A DNA stretch of 61,239 bases, from positions 1 to 61,239 of the forward strand of contig JAPDIX010000038.1 of the NCBI GenBank assembly GCA_029259345.1. The letters run 5' to 3'. The notes under the pieces are model-generated. The model was not told the origin of the DNA and searched no databases. It was given only the letters and a program-made list of their open reading frames with translations. The position numbers were made by a program, and so were the translations under genes. Below, one piece after another: positions 37,691 to 49,688 of the stretch. Each line of letters opens with the position of its first letter. Positions within the stretch are counted from its first letter, which is position 1. The DNA is from Archaeoglobi archaeon (GTDB lineage Archaea; Halobacteriota; Archaeoglobi; Archaeoglobales; Archaeoglobaceae).

Positions 37691-40600
37691 GGTACTCCTG
37701 AATTGATTTTACAGTCATGCTTTTATTTTTTATTGCCTCTATAGCCTTTACGGCAGCATAAGCACCTGCAAGCGTTGTGATGTGGGCAACACCGTAATCC
37801 ACTGCCGCTCTCCTTATCATATATCCCTCAGTCCTGCCCCTCTTTCCACTGGGGGTGTTGATTATCAGATCAACCTGCCTGTTGACAATAGCATCAAGGA
37901 TGTTCGGTCTCCCCTGACTCACTTTTAGAACAAGATCAGCTTCCACCCCGTGCTTTCTCAGGAAATTCCTTGTTCCTTCAGTGGCGATTATCTTGAATCC
38001 AAGTTCAATGAACTTCTTTGCGAGCTTCACAGTCTTCTCGTTCTTGTCTCTTTCTCTGACACTGATGAAAACTGTTCCTTCAGTAGGTAGCTTCATGCCA
38101 GCTGCAAGTTCTGCCTTATAGTAGGCAAGACCAAAATCGTAATCCAAGCCCATAACTTCTCCTGTTGACTTCATCTCAGGACCCAAAACAGGGTCAACTC
38201 CGGAAAGCTTGATGAATGGAAAAACCGCCTCCTTCACCGCTACATGCCTGAGCTTAAGCCTCTCTTTAATCCCAAGGTCTCTCAGCTTCCTCCCCGTCAT
38301 GAGCTTTGCCGCTATCTTCGCCAGCGGAATGCCTGTTGCCTTGCTCACAAACGGAACTGTTCTGCTGGCTCTTGGATTCGCTTCAAGAACGTAAACAACA
38401 TCATCCTTCACCGCATACTGAATGTTAATTAGTCCCACCACGTTAAGGCTCAGAGCCATCTTTCTTGTATACTCTACAATGGTCTGAATTGTATCATCAT
38501 CGAGAGACACGGGAGGTAAAACGCAGGCAGAATCGCCGCTGTGAACTCCAGCCTCCTCAATATGCTCCATTATCCCTCCTATGATGACCTCTTCTCCATC
38601 ACACAGCGCATCAACCTCAACCTCGATGGCATCTTCCAGAAACTTGTCAATAAGTATTGGTTTATCCGGACTGACTTCAAGCGCCTCGTTAATGTATCTC
38701 TCCAAGGTATCTTCATCATAGACTATCTCCATCGCCCTTCCGCCAAGCACGTAGCTCGGCCTTACAAGAACCGGATAGCCTATTTTTCTGGCAATTTCCT
38801 TAGCCTCTTCAAGGCTGTAGGCTATACCATTCTCAGGCTGCGGAATTCCAAGCTTGTTCAGCATTTCCGAGAATCTCTCCCTGTCCTCTGCCATATCTAT
38901 TGAGTCAACTGAAGTGCCGAGTATTCTTGCCCCACTCATCTCAAGATCCTTCGCAATATTCAGAGGTGTTTGCCCGCCAAACTGAACTATCACACCCTCA
39001 GGCTGCTCATTCTCGTAGATATTCATAACATCTTCGTGTGTTATCGGTTCGAAGTATAGCCTATCAGACGTGTCGTAGTCTGTCGACACAGTTTCAGGAT
39101 TGCAGTTGACCATTATCGTCTCGTAATCATCCTCCTTGAGGCTGAAAACAGCATGAACGCAGCAGTAGTCAAATTCGATTCCCTGCCCTATTCTGTTGGG
39201 TCCCGCGCCAAGAATCATAACCTTCCTCCTCTCAGTCCTCAGGGCCTCGTTCTCGTCCTCGTATGTGGAGTAGTAGTAGGGTGTTTTTGCCTCAAATTCT
39301 GCAGCGCAGGTGTCAACTATCTTGTAGACTGCACCAACCCCTTTGCCCTTTCTCACCATCCTCACTTCCCTCTCTGTCGTGTTGAAAATGTGGGCAAGCT
39401 GTCTGTCAGAATATCCGAGCCTTTTTGCCTCTCTGATTACCTCTTTGGGCACTTCCTCAATGCTGCATCTTGCCCATGCCTTCAGTTCTTCTTCAAACTC
39501 AACCAAGTTCTTTATCTTCTCTATGAACCAAGGATCAATTTTTGTCAGGTCGTAAATCTCCTCAATGCTCATCCCGTTCTGCAAGGCGTAGCGAATGTAG
39601 TAAACTCTGCTCGCGTTGGGAAATCTGAGCTTTTCTTTTATTTCTTCCATCGTCAATTCCTTGTCCTTGCCATCACATCCGAGTCCGTATCTTCCGATTT
39701 CCAAGCTCCTCAAAGCTTTCTGGAGGGCTTCTTCAAAAGTTCTTCCGATAGCCATAACCTCTCCGACACTCTTCATTTGGCTCCCAAGAACCCAATCCGC
39801 AGTGGGGAACTTGTCAAAGGCAAATCTGGGTATTTTTACAACTACATAGTCAATTGTAGGTTCGAAGCTTGCCGGTGTTTCTTTGGTTATATCATTGGGT
39901 ATCTCATCGAGAGTATAGCCAACGGCAAGCTTTGCTGCGATTTTGGCAATTGGAAATCCAGTAGCTTTGGAAGCCAATGCAGACGATCTGCTTACACGCG
40001 GGTTCATCTCTATAGCCACAACCCTGCCATTCTCAGGATGCACGGCGAACTGAATATTGCTTCCACCGGTCTCAACTCCAATCTCCCTTATGATCTTTAT
40101 CGCCGCATCCCTGAGATACTGATATTCATCATCAGTCAGAGTCTGAGCTGGAGCAACGGTTATGCTATCTCCAGTATGCACCCCCATAGGGTCGAAATTC
40201 TCGATTGAACAGATGATCACAACGTTATCTGCTAGATCCCTCATCACTTCGAGCTCAAATTCCTTCCAGCCAAGAACCCCCTCTTCAATCAGAACCTGGT
40301 TTATCATGGAGAGCTTTAGACCCTTCTTTGCAACCTCCCTTAACTCCTCCCTGTTGTAGGCAATCCCACCACCTGTTCCGCCGAGAGTGAAAGCGGGTCT
40401 TACAACCACAGGGTAGCCAATCTCATCTGCTATGGCAAAGGCCTCACTGATATCACTGGCAACATCACTCTTTGGTACCTCAAGGCCGATTCTCCTCATT
40501 GATTCCTTGAAAAGGTCTCTGTCCTCTGCCTTTTTGATTGCCTCAAACTTCGCACCGATAAGCTCAACGCCGTATTTCTCAAGCACCCCCATCTCAGTGA

Positions 40601-40904
40601 GCCGAACAGCGAGATTTAACGCCGTCTGACCTCCAAGAGTTGGTAGAAGAGCGTCAGGAGTTTCCCTTTCAATTATCTTTGCGACCATCTCTGCATCGAG
40701 GGGTTCGATGTAAACACTGTCCGCCATCTCCGGGTCTGTCATTATCGTCGCAGGATTGGAGTTAACCAGCACAACCTCGTAACCCTCTTCTCTCAAAGCC
40801 TTGCATGCCTGACTGCCCGAATAATCGAACTCCGCTGCCTGCCCTATGACTATCGGCCCGCTGCCTATTACCATAATCTTCTTCAGATCTTCCCTCTTCG
40901 GCAT
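37674..40904 (-). CDS. carB: Carbamoyl-phosphate synthase large subunit
   Basis: [30 protein letters not shown], duplicated ATP-grasp domains, MGS domain. Confidence 0.98.
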   Translation of the reverse strand: MPKREDLKKIMVIGSGPIVIGQAAEFDYSGSQACKALREEGYEVVLVNSNPATIMTDPEMADSVYIEPLDAEMVAKIIERETPDALLPTLGGQTALNLAVRLTEMGVLEKYGVELIGAKFEAIKKAEDRDLFKESMRRIGLEVPKSDVASDISEAFAIADEIGYPVVVRPAFTLGGTGGGIAYNREELREVAKKGLKLSMINQVLIEEGVLGWKEFELEVMRDLADNVVIICSIENFDPMGVHTGDSITVAPAQTLTDDEYQYLRDAAIKIIREIGVETGGSNIQFAVHPENGRVVAIEMNPRVSRSSALASKATGFPIAKIAAKLAVGYTLDEIPNDITKETPASFEPTIDYVVVKIPRFAFDKFPTADWVLGSQMKSVGEVMAIGRTFEEALQKALRSLEIGRYGLGCDGKDKELTMEEIKEKLRFPNASRVYYIRYALQNGMSIEEIYDLTKIDPWFIEKIKNLVEFEEELKAWARCSIEEVPKEVIREAKRLGYSDRQLAHIFNTTEREVRMVRKGKGVGAVYKIVDTCAAEFEAKTPYYYSTYEDENEALRTERRKVMILGAGPNRIGQGIEFDYCCVHAVFSLKEDDYETIMVNCNPETVSTDYDTSDRLYFEPITHEDVMNIYENEQPEGVIVQFGGQTPLNIAKDLEMSGARILGTSVDSIDMAEDRERFSEMLNKLGIPQPENGIAYSLEEAKEIARKIGYPVLVRPSYVLGGRAMEIVYDEDTLERYINEALEVSPDKPILIDKFLEDAIEVEVDALCDGEEVIIGGIMEHIEEAGVHSGDSACVLPPVSLDDDTIQTIVEYTRKMALSLNVVGLINIQYAVKDDVVYVLEANPRASRTVPFVSKATGIPLAKIAAKLMTGRKLRDLGIKERLKLRHVAVKEAVFPFIKLSGVDPVLGPEMKSTGEVMGLDYDFGLAYYKAELAAGMKLPTEGTVFISVRERDKNEKTVKLAKKFIELGFKIIATEGTRNFLRKHGVEADLVLKVSQGRPNILDAIVNRQVDLIINTPSGKRGRTEGYMIRRAAVDYGVAHITTLAGAYAAVKAIEAIKNKSMTVKSIQEYHEENR

Positions 40905-40908
40905 TCAA

Positions 40909-41985
40909 TCACCTGTACTCCTTCACCATATCCACAAACCTGTCAAAGAAAAAGTAGGTGTCATGAGGTCCTGGACCAGCCTCAGGATGGTACTGGACGG
41001 TTATGAGGGGAATGTCTTTATGAACCAGTCCTTCGACAGTGTTATCGTTAAGATTTATCTGTGTAACCTCAATGTTTTTGGGGAGTGTTTTTTCATCAAC
41101 TGCAAAGTTGTGATTCTGACTTGAGATGAATACTCTTCCCGTTTCAAAGTCCTTTACGGGTTGATTGCTGCCGTGATGTCCAAACTTCAGTTTGAATGTC
41201 TTGGCACCTAAAGCCAGAGCGGTTAGTTGATGACCCAAACATATCCCGGCCATAGGGAGCTTATCTACGAGTCTCTTTATCGTTTCGATTGCTGGTTTTA
41301 CTCTTACAGGATCACCCGGACCGTTTGATATGAACACTCCATCAGGGTTCATTTCCATAATTTTATCAGCAGGATAGTCGTAGGGCACGAGGGTAATGTT
41401 CACCCCCCTCTTCATAAGCTGCCTTACAATGCTCATCTTCACACCGCAATCAACAAGCACAACCTCTAAGTCTCCACCAGCATCCAGTCTCTTCGCTTCC
41501 CGAACACACACCTTGTCAACTAGGTCTATGTCGCTTATAGAGGGTTGCTCAACAGCCTTTTTTACTAAATCTTCCTTCTCAACGTCTCCTACTCCGATTG
41601 CAGCCTTCATGGAACCGTAAATCCTGATCTTCCTCGTCAGCATTCTCGTGTCAACACCCTCAATCCCGGGAACATTGTACTCTCTAAGTAGTTCGTCAAC
41701 ACTTATCTCGCTTCTCCAGTTGCTCGGATGTTTGCATAACTCCCTAACAACAAATCCCTCAACTTTAACCCCATCGCTCTCAAAATCCTCTCTCGTAACA
41801 CCGTAGTTTCCTATAAGGGGGTAGGTCATCATCAAAATCTGTCCTTTGTAGCTCGGGTCTGTCAAAGCCTCAACGTAGCCCGTCATGCTCGTGCAGAATA
41901 CTATTTCGCCCAGTGCATCCTTCTCCGCCCCAAAAGCTCGACCCTCTACATAGGTGCCATCTTCTAAGGCAAGGGCTGCTTTCAT
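40909..41985 (-). CDS. carA: Carbamoyl-phosphate synthase small subunit
   Basis: LTDPSY, SNGPGDP, GICLGHQ, QYHPEA. Confidence 0.98.
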   Translation of the reverse strand: MKAALALEDGTYVEGRAFGAEKDALGEIVFCTSMTGYVEALTDPSYKGQILMMTYPLIGNYGVTREDFESDGVKVEGFVVRELCKHPSNWRSEISVDELLREYNVPGIEGVDTRMLTRKIRIYGSMKAAIGVGDVEKEDLVKKAVEQPSISDIDLVDKVCVREAKRLDAGGDLEVVLVDCGVKMSIVRQLMKRGVNITLVPYDYPADKIMEMNPDGVFISNGPGDPVRVKPAIETIKRLVDKLPMAGICLGHQLTALALGAKTFKLKFGHHGSNQPVKDFETGRVFISSQNHNFAVDEKTLPKNIEVTQINLNDNTVEGLVHKDIPLITVQYHPEAGPGPHDTYFFFDRFVDMVKEYR

Positions 41986-42977
41986 CCGAGCACCTCTTTT
42001 AGCTCTCTAATCACATCCTTAAGCTTAGGAGCATCGAAGAGCTTTTTTCCAGTAACCTCATTGCAGAATGCCCTGTAAAGGTTCGAAACTCCCTCTCTGA
42101 CATCATCCGGAAGCTTCGGCGGAGTTCCTACAGCTTCCCTCCACCCCTCCTTGCCCTTATAGGCCTTTACCCTTTCATACCATTCTGTCTTTCTGTAATA
42201 CTTTCTGAGTAGTTCCTTGCTAACTTCAAAGCCGTTCATGCTGAACCTGCACTCATCAGGAGTGCCCACAGCGTCAACGACCATGAAATTCCTGCTCTCA
42301 TCGAAGGCAACCTCAATCTTTCCATCCTCGTTTTCAAGTCCTGCCTTGCCAACTTCCTTTGTTATAAGTCCATCAACCTCAATAACAAGCTCCTTTAGCC
42401 TATCAAACTCCTCATCTGCAAGCCCAGCCATTTCCTTAGCTTCATTGTAGCTCAGATAGCGATCAACATCTTCAAGCTTCGTGCTGAAATCAACAATCGG
42501 TTTCTCGAGCTTCATGTTCGGCTCTACTCTGTCAAGCCCGAAGTCTTGGGGCTTAACCTTTCCCCTCTCAATCCTTCTGAGCAGCGATGAGCCTTCTGGA
42601 ATGCTGTTCCTGTAGATAATCTCAAGGGGTATCAGGAAGTTTCCGGTGAGACTTTTGAAGATAGAATAATCACCGTTTGCAGGTTTAACAACCCTTACAA
42701 GCTTTATTTCCATCACATTTACGGGTGATTCTATCTCGTCGAAATTCTTGACCTCGCCATCTTCAACAAGGCCAATATAATGGGTCTTTATTCCTTCTTC
42801 ATCCAGCCTTTCGAAGAAATAAGCTGAAACTGTGCAGAGGGCTTTTCCCTTATCATCTATCTTGTCTGGCATCTCTCCGTAATCGAAGACAGAGTAGCGG
42901 TCGGAGAAGAGAAATCTTCCGACTCCGGGAGTATCCGCAGGTTCTTTTATAACAACCAAATCCTTTACGCTCCCCAT
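41982..42977 (-). CDS. purC: SAICAR synthetase
   Basis: GSVKD, FSDRYSVFD, IPLEIIYRN, DGKIE, GTPDECR. Confidence 0.93.
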   Translation of the reverse strand: MGSVKDLVVIKEPADTPGVGRFLFSDRYSVFDYGEMPDKIDDKGKALCTVSAYFFERLDEEGIKTHYIGLVEDGEVKNFDEIESPVNVMEIKLVRVVKPANGDYSIFKSLTGNFLIPLEIIYRNSIPEGSSLLRRIERGKVKPQDFGLDRVEPNMKLEKPIVDFSTKLEDVDRYLSYNEAKEMAGLADEEFDRLKELVIEVDGLITKEVGKAGLENEDGKIEVAFDESRNFMVVDAVGTPDECRFSMNGFEVSKELLRKYYRKTEWYERVKAYKGKEGWREAVGTPPKLPDDVREGVSNLYRAFCNEVTGKKLFDAPKLKDVIRELKEVLG

Positions 42978-42981
42978 CTAA

Positions 42982-43446
42982 TCACCTCAGTTCATCATCG
43001 GCTTTATAAATCTCCTCTTTTTTCCTGTCCTGATAGTTCTTCACTTTCTCCCTGACCTTTTCATCCGTTAATGCTACGATTTTTGCAACAGCCAAGGCAG
43101 CGTTCTCAGCCTCCATCACAAAAAGAGGAGCAACACCTGATGGCATCCTTATGCTTGAAAGAATGTCCATACCGGCAAATCTGTCGCTGTATGGGGGGGA
43201 AGCAATAACAGGTTTTACTGTATTTGCATCTACAAAGCCACTCAACGCGTTGCTTCTTCCCGCAACTGTAACGAATACCACATCGTCCATCTCATATTCT
43301 TTTATTATCTCAAGAACCTTTTGTGGAGTTTTGTGAGCCGAAGCAACTCTTAAAACGCTACTAATCCCGAATTTAGAAAGATTTTCAGCTATTTTTCTGC
43401 AATAATCCAGATCAGATCTTGAGCCCATTATGATTATCGCCTTCAT
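42982..43446 (-). CDS. purE: AIR carboxylase / N5-CAIR mutase
   Basis: IMGSRSD, SAHKTP, AGRSNAL, RMPSGV. Confidence 0.93.
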   Translation of the reverse strand: MKAIIIMGSRSDLDYCRKIAENLSKFGISSVLRVASAHKTPQKVLEIIKEYEMDDVVFVTVAGRSNALSGFVDANTVKPVIASPPYSDRFAGMDILSSIRMPSGVAPLFVMEAENAALAVAKIVALTDEKVREKVKNYQDRKKEEIYKADDELR

Positions 43447-43613
43447 GACTTGCCACCTTTCTAACTTTCATACGCCCAGAGGTTCCTTTAGGCTTAGGAC
43501 TTCACCCATAATTTAAACTTCTCGGTGCCTTAAATTAAAGTTGCATGGAACTTCTCTTGACATATTTGGCTTCTCCCAAAAAATTTAAATTCCTCTCACG
43601 CGATTTATAGGAA

Positions 43614-44852
43614 GTGTCCCAAACAGGTGCTGCTAAACTTGTAGAACTGCTGCTGACAGCAGAAGTATTCAACAGACATGAGGAGCTGACTGAAGACGAT
43701 ATACCCAAGGAAATAAGGAAGCTCCTCTACAGTAAAGGAGGTATAAAGCGTCCCCTTGTAATAAGGGCTGACACAGCCGCGAAATATGCAGGAGAAGTTG
43801 ATCAGAAGCCACCTTTTGTAGATTTAAATGCATTCTCAAAGCAGTATATACTGACATCCTTCGATCTGGCTGTTAAATGGCTTGCATCGAGGGGAATTGA
43901 GCTGATAAAGAGAAATCCAGCTCTCGCCTATTATTACCAGAACTACGATTCTCTTGATGTTTCTTATGAGGAAGCGAGGAAAGCAAATCTGCCAAAACAT
44001 GGGGACAAAGAATGGCTAAAAAGTGTTATCGAGGAGCTTGAAAAGACGGAAGAGACAAAAGAGATGCTGAGTCTTGTAAGAGTGCTCTCACCAGAAGAAA
44101 TACCAATTGATTTCAAGGATGTTGCACTTAGCGAGGAGCAGCTTGAAGAAGTCAGGAAGATCGAAGTTGCAATCGAGGAAAGAAGGTTTTTGAGGAAAAT
44201 TGGACTGTCTGATATTGGCAAACTCCTCTTCATAGGCCCTCCCGGAACTGGTAAAACGACGACGGCAAGAGCTTTGAGTAGAAAACTCTACCTCCCACTT
44301 CTTGAAGTCAAACTGTCAATGATTACGAGCCAGTATTTGGGTGAAACGTCAAAGAACATAGAGAAGGTTTTTGAAATTGCAAGAAAAATGAACCCCTGCA
44401 TTCTCTTCATTGATGAGTTTGACTACGTCGCGAAGATGAGGACGAGCGATGAACATGCTGCAATAAAAAGGGCTGTAAACACCTTGTTGAAGTCCATTGA
44501 TGAGATTAACCTTGTTGAGGATGGCGTCCTTCTTATTGCTGCAACAAATCATCCGAGCCTTCTTGATCCTGCGGTATGGAGAAGATTTGACAAGGTTATT
44601 GAATTTCCCGAACCAGCAGAGGTGATAAGGCGAAGAATATTCGAGATATTTCTGGCAAAAATTGATGGGGAGTTTAACATTGACGAGTTGGTGAAGGGAA
44701 CCGATGGGTTTACGGGGGCAGACATTAAGCTTGTGGTCAGGGAGGCCGTCTTGAAGGCACTGCTTGAGGGAAGGAGAGCATTAACCCAGACAGACCTTGT
44801 TGAGGCAATTAGGGATGTAAGAGAGAGACTTAAGCTCAAAACATCCTACTGA
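43614..44852 (+). CDS. AAA+ ATPase (single-ring, Cdc48-like clade)
   Basis: GPPGTGKT, LFIDEFD, AATNHP...D-x-AVWRRFD, GFTGADI. Confidence 0.9.
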   Translation: MSQTGAAKLVELLLTAEVFNRHEELTEDDIPKEIRKLLYSKGGIKRPLVIRADTAAKYAGEVDQKPPFVDLNAFSKQYILTSFDLAVKWLASRGIELIKRNPALAYYYQNYDSLDVSYEEARKANLPKHGDKEWLKSVIEELEKTEETKEMLSLVRVLSPEEIPIDFKDVALSEEQLEEVRKIEVAIEERRFLRKIGLSDIGKLLFIGPPGTGKTTTARALSRKLYLPLLEVKLSMITSQYLGETSKNIEKVFEIARKMNPCILFIDEFDYVAKMRTSDEHAAIKRAVNTLLKSIDEINLVEDGVLLIAATNHPSLLDPAVWRRFDKVIEFPEPAEVIRRRIFEIFLAKIDGEFNIDELVKGTDGFTGADIKLVVREAVLKALLEGRRALTQTDLVEAIRDVRERLKLKTSY

Positions 44853-44853
44853 T

Positions 44854-45617
44854 ATGATAGTAACTCTTCTTGGAACCGGAGACTCTCCCGGTACGCCGAT
44901 TATAAACTGCCACTGCAAAACCTGTGAGGATGCAAGAAGGAGAGGCTGGGAGAGAAAGCGTTTTTCTGTAATGGTGCAGAATGGGGAGAAGACTGTCTTG
45001 ATTGACACATCTCCAGATTTAAGGAGGCAGCTGCTTGACAATAATGTTGAGAAGGTTGATGCCGTCATCTGGACCCACTGCCATTTTGATCATTTTGGAG
45101 GGTTTGGAGAGTTCTACAGAGTTCAGAACAAGGTTAAGGTTTACACAACACCACGGATTCATGAGGACATAGGCAGATTCATGAGGTTTCTTTCCTATAA
45201 AGCAATCGAGGTTGAGGTTTACAACCCCTTCAGCATAGGGGGAATGGATTTTACGCTTTTCAAAGTCAATCACCCCAGCGTGGAGTCTGTGGGAGTTAAA
45301 GTGGAGTGGAAGGGATACAAAGTAGTCATAAGCGGGGATACAAACATAAGAATCCCCGAAGAAAGCATAAGAGAGATGCAGAACCCCGACCTATTTGTTG
45401 TTGAAGCTCTCGCTCCTACAGGCAGATTCAGGAAGCACATGAACGCAAAGGAGGCACTTAGCCTGGCAAAAAAACTTAATGCGCGAAGGGTTGTGCTTAC
45501 CCATCTCGGCCACTTCTACCCGCCACACACATTGCAATCAAAAACTATCCAGTTGGTGAGGATTATCAGACTTTCTCCTTTGGAGAGGGGAGGTTGAATG
45601 AGTTCTTTGGGGATTGA
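44854..45617 (+). CDS. MBL-fold metallohydrolase, PhnP/YcfH-like; last ~25 codons apparently frameshifted
   Basis: LGTG, CHCKTC, IDTSPDLR, THCHFDH, THLGH. After YPPH (45528) the shifted frame gives IAIKNYPVGEDYQTFSFG... to TGA 45617; the annotated frame stops at 45597. Confidence 0.8.
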
Positions 45618-46545
45618 CATCGGAGGAGCAAATTTGAAGGTTGCCTCAGAAGATGGATGGGAAATCATCTACTTTCCAATGTGGAAAAGGGTTGAAGAGT
45701 TGGAAGATACCTTAAGAGATATTGCAGAGAAGTACTCAGCGAATAGAGCTGGTGTTGTAATGACGGCAGAACTCTCAGACGTTTTCGGGAGCAAAGAAGA
45801 GGGCGTGAGGTTCATTGGAGAAATATGCAGGAGAGTTTTTGAGGATGTCTCTTTCCTTGATGTCAGCGGTAGGCTTTCCCGAACCTTGGATGAGCCTGCG
45901 AAGTTTGCTGCAAGCAACTGGGTCGCTTCAGCAACATTTTTGCTCAGAGAGGGGTATAGAAACTTCCTTTTTGTTGATATTGGCTCCACAACAACAGACA
46001 TAATTCCAGTCACTGACAGAATCGAGGCTACCAAAACTGACTTTGAGAGGTTGAAGAGAAGAGAAATGATTTACGTCGGTATTCTCAGAACTCCTGTTTT
46101 TTATATACTGAAAGAATTTGATTCTGCTCCACTCTGTCCTGAATTCTTCGCCATAACTGCAGACGTGTTTATCGCAACGGGAGATATTACTGAAGATGAC
46201 TACACATGCGAAACTCCTGACGGGAAAGGCAGAGATGAAATATCCTGTCTGAAAAGGCTTGCAAGAACAATCTGCTGTGATCTCGAAGAGATCGGAATCA
46301 ATAAAGCCAAGCAGCTTGCCCTTGAAGCTAAGAAAGCCATGAAAGACTTGCTGAAAGATGCTCTGAGGAAAAAAACAGAAGATTACGGAATTGAGAGAGT
46401 ATTTACCTGTGGGATAGGAGAGTTTTTGATTGAAGAGATTTGCAATGAGATTGGTGTAGAGTTTATCAGCCTTTCCGGTTTGTATGGTGAATACTCAAAG
46501 CTTTTCCCAGCCTTCGCGATGTTAAAGCTTGTCCAAAAGGATTGA
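45598..46545 (+). CDS. Hydantoinase/oxoprolinase-family H4MPT/methanofuran-linked protein (MfnF-like)
   Basis: GIDIGGANLK, VMTAELSD-x-F-x2-K-x-EGV, ASNW, DIGSTTTDIIP, G-x-LRTP, FA-x2-AD, TPDG. Confidence 0.85.
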   Translation: MSSLGIDIGGANLKVASEDGWEIIYFPMWKRVEELEDTLRDIAEKYSANRAGVVMTAELSDVFGSKEEGVRFIGEICRRVFEDVSFLDVSGRLSRTLDEPAKFAASNWVASATFLLREGYRNFLFVDIGSTTTDIIPVTDRIEATKTDFERLKRREMIYVGILRTPVFYILKEFDSAPLCPEFFAITADVFIATGDITEDDYTCETPDGKGRDEISCLKRLARTICCDLEEIGINKAKQLALEAKKAMKDLLKDALRKKTEDYGIERVFTCGIGEFLIEEICNEIGVEFISLSGLYGEYSKLFPAFAMLKLVQKD

Positions 46546-47061
46546 TCTGTATATTATTTCGCATGAGTGCTCCAAATAGCTCAATTTGTTGTATGCATCC
46601 CTTAAGTTCTTTCCTCCCGCATACATTCCGTGGTTTCTGACCACAGCCACGCCTTTTTCCTTTACAACATCTGAAATCAACTCTGCAAGTTCTGGGGAAC
46701 CAAATTGACCCTCGATAACTCTGACTTCGCCAAAGTAGAGCTTTCCTTCCAGATCCATTGGCTCTATACTGTCCATTCTTGATCCTAAAACCACGTTGAA
46801 TACCCCATGGCAATGCACAACTGCAGAGTATTCTGTTTTCTCGTAAATTTTCTGATGAATGATCTGATCAACGGAAGCCTCTCTGGTGAACTCTCCAACT
46901 TTCAACTTTACAAAAGAGTTTTCTGACATTTCATCGAGGTTAACACCGGTTTTCGTGATGTAAATGGTCTCTCCAGTTCTGAAACTCATGTTTCCACTTG
47001 CCCCATCAATTAGCTTGGCTGCTGCAAGAAGCTTCCCCACCTTTATCGCTTCTTCGAACAT
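46522..47061 (-). CDS. Class II aldolase/adducin family protein (fuculose-1-P aldolase-like)
   Basis: SGNMS, H-x2-IY, VHCH, RNHG. Confidence 0.88.
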   Translation of the reverse strand: MFEEAIKVGKLLAAAKLIDGASGNMSFRTGETIYITKTGVNLDEMSENSFVKLKVGEFTREASVDQIIHQKIYEKTEYSAVVHCHGVFNVVLGSRMDSIEPMDLEGKLYFGEVRVIEGQFGSPELAELISDVVKEKGVAVVRNHGMYAGGKNLRDAYNKLSYLEHSCEIIYRSILLDKL

Positions 47062-47146
47062 AGATTCAAGAGAACAAAACATTTAAAAATCTTTTTTACC
47101 AATATATCTTGCCTTAGGGCTATTTTAAAAACTCAAAAAAGAAGTG

Positions 47147-47788
47147 ATGAACATGATGGAAGAGAAAATATATAAAGGAACCACGACCGTAGGCCTCGTT
47201 TGTAAGGACGGAGTAGTGATGGCTACCGAGAAAAGGGCGACCATGGGAAACTTCATTGCCAGCAGACAGGCCAAGAAAATCTATCAGATTGCCGACAGGA
47301 TGGCAATGACTACTGCAGGAAGTGTAGGAGATGCTCAGTTTCTCGCTCGAATTATCAAGATTGAGGCTAACCTGTACGAAATCAGAAGAGAGAGAAAACC
47401 GACCGTAAGGGCTGTTGCAACCCTGACATCAAATCTGCTTAACTCTTACCGCTACTTCCCGTACCTCGTTCAGCTTCTCATCGGCGGTCTCGATTCCGAG
47501 GGGGCGAGCATATACTCTATTGATCCTATAGGGGGGGCTATTAAGGAAAAGGAGGTAGTAGCTACAGGAAGTGGGAGTTTCACAGCTTACGGAGTGCTTG
47601 AAGATAGATTTACTCCAGATACAACAGTTGATGATGCTTTAGAGCTGGCTGTGAGAGCAGTATATTCGGCAATGAGGAGAGATTCAGCTTCGGGAGATGG
47701 GATTGATGTTGTGAAGATTACAGAAGAGGAATATTACCAGCTAAAACCAGAAGAAGTTGAGGAGATACTGGCAAAGTTTAGGAAGTGA
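47147..47788 (+). CDS. psmB: Proteasome subunit beta
   Basis: Propeptide then [26 protein letters not shown]. Confidence 0.97.
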   Translation: MNMMEEKIYKGTTTVGLVCKDGVVMATEKRATMGNFIASRQAKKIYQIADRMAMTTAGSVGDAQFLARIIKIEANLYEIRRERKPTVRAVATLTSNLLNSYRYFPYLVQLLIGGLDSEGASIYSIDPIGGAIKEKEVVATGSGSFTAYGVLEDRFTPDTTVDDALELAVRAVYSAMRRDSASGDGIDVVKITEEEYYQLKPEEVEEILAKFRK

Positions 47789-47789
47789 G

Positions 47790-49688
47790 ATGACGAAGTA
47801 TTTGGACGAAATCCGCGAGAAGGTCAAAGAATATATTCCGGAAAATGTAAAGGTCAAGAGTATAGAATTTGAGGGGCCTCAGCTTGTCATATATATTGAG
47901 AACCCTCAAGAGTTAGCTGAAATTGACATCGTGAAAAGGCTCGCGAAGGATCTGAGAAAGAGGATAATTATTCGACCAGATCCGAAATCGCTTAAGCCGC
48001 CAGAAGAGGCGAGAGAGATAATAAAGCAGATTGTGCCTGAAGATGCAAAAATCTCAAACATCTTTTTTGATGAAGAGAACGGAGAGGTAATAATAGAGGC
48101 TGAAAAACCGGGTGTTGTAATAGGAAAGCAGGGAACAACATTCAGGGAGATAATGAAGTCCGTTGGCTGGAGTCCGAGAGTCGTGAGGACTCCACCCATC
48201 AAGTCTAAGACAATAGAAAACATCAGAAACTATCTGCTGAACGTTAGAGAAGAGAGATCGGAGATTTTAAAGAGAATTGGAGAAAGGATTCATCGCGGAG
48301 TTCTGATGGAGGAAAAATGGGTCAGGGTTACATTCTTAGGCGGAAGCAGAGAGGTTGGAAGGAGTTGCTACCTGCTTCACACACCTGAAAGCAAGATTCT
48401 GATTGATTGTGGTGTAAACGTCAGCAATTTATCCAGCAACCCTTACCTCTATGTTCCTGAAGTTCAGCCGCTCGATTCACTTGATGCAGTGGTTATAACC
48501 CACGCCCACTTAGATCACTGCGGCCTCGTGCCCCTACTTTATAAATACGGTTATAGAGGCCCGATATATCTCACTCCACCCACGAGAGATCTGATGGTTC
48601 TTTTGCAGCTCGACTTTCTGGAGGTTGCGGGAAGAGAGGGAAGTACAGTCCCATACAATTCCAACCTGATAAGAGAGACTCTGAAACATACAATCACTCT
48701 TGACTATGGTGTCGTGACCGATATCAGCCCCGACGTCAGACTTACCTTTTACAACGCAGGACATATCCTCGGTTCAGCCATAGCACACTTCCACATTGGA
48801 GAAGGACATTACAATGTCGCCTTCACTGGAGATTTCAAGTTTGAGAAAACAAGAATCTTCGACAGGGCAGCAACGAACTTTCCAAGGCTTGAGGCATTAA
48901 TAATGGAAGCGACATACGGTGGAGCAAATGACCTGCAACCTTCAAGAAAGGAGGCAGAGGAAAAACTGGTTGAAATCATTAACAGAACACTCGACAGAGG
49001 TGGAAAGGTTCTAATTCCTACATTCGCCGTTGGAAGGAGTCAGGAGGTTATGATAGTGCTTGAAGAGGCAATGAGAGAGGGAAGACTCAGGGAGACACAC
49101 ATATATCTTGACGGAATGATCTACGAAGCAACAGCCATTCACACTGCGTATCCAGAATATCTCAATTCCCATCTCAGAGACCTGATTTTCTACCACGGGA
49201 TTAATCCGTTCATCAGTGAGAACTTCGTCAGAGTGGACTCACCCTCCAAGAGAGAAGAGGTAATCAGCGACCCATCGCCCTGCGTCATCATCGCCACATC
49301 CGGTATGCTCAATGGTGGGCCTGTTATGGAGTACTTCAGGCACTTAGCAGAGGATGAGAGAAATACGATAGTTTTTGTCGGTTATCAGGCTGAAGGAACA
49401 CTGGGTAGAAAGATCCAAAAAGGATGGACAGAGGTGCCGTTCCCGGTCAACGGAAGGAGAGAGGTCGTCAAGGTAAAAATGGAGGTTGAGACTGTGGACG
49501 GATTCTCTGGACACTCTGACAGAAGGCAACTGATGAATTACATCAAATATCTCAAATCAAAACCCGAGAAGGTCGTTACCGTGCATGGAGATGAGTCGAA
49601 GTGCATCGACCTTGCTTCAAGCATTTACAAGACCTACAGAATCGAAACGAGGGCTCCAATGAACCTTGAAACCATAAGGTTTGTGTAG
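47790..49688 (+). CDS. fttA: beta-CASP ribonuclease aCPSF1 / transcription termination factor FttA
   Basis: Two KH domains, EVGRS, HAHLDH, AGHILGS, FSGHSD. Conserved position after psmB. Confidence 0.96.
   Translation: MTKYLDEIREKVKEYIPENVKVKSIEFEGPQLVIYIENPQELAEIDIVKRLAKDLRKRIIIRPDPKSLKPPEEAREIIKQIVPEDAKISNIFFDEENGEVIIEAEKPGVVIGKQGTTFREIMKSVGWSPRVVRTPPIKSKTIENIRNYLLNVREERSEILKRIGERIHRGVLMEEKWVRVTFLGGSREVGRSCYLLHTPESKILIDCGVNVSNLSSNPYLYVPEVQPLDSLDAVVITHAHLDHCGLVPLLYKYGYRGPIYLTPPTRDLMVLLQLDFLEVAGREGSTVPYNSNLIRETLKHTITLDYGVVTDISPDVRLTFYNAGHILGSAIAHFHIGEGHYNVAFTGDFKFEKTRIFDRAATNFPRLEALIMEATYGGANDLQPSRKEAEEKLVEIINRTLDRGGKVLIPTFAVGRSQEVMIVLEEAMREGRLRETHIYLDGMIYEATAIHTAYPEYLNSHLRDLIFYHGINPFISENFVRVDSPSKREEVISDPSPCVIIATSGMLNGGPVMEYFRHLAEDERNTIVFVGYQAEGTLGRKIQKGWTEVPFPVNGRREVVKVKMEVETVDGFSGHSDRRQLMNYIKYLKSKPEKVVTVHGDESKCIDLASSIYKTYRIETRAPMNLETIRFV

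Noticed and set aside
39153-40208. 351-aa antisense ORF within carB, and the many similar shadow ORFs in the track
   Set aside because: They lie antisense to well-supported genes, carry no motifs, and are typical codon-bias shadows.
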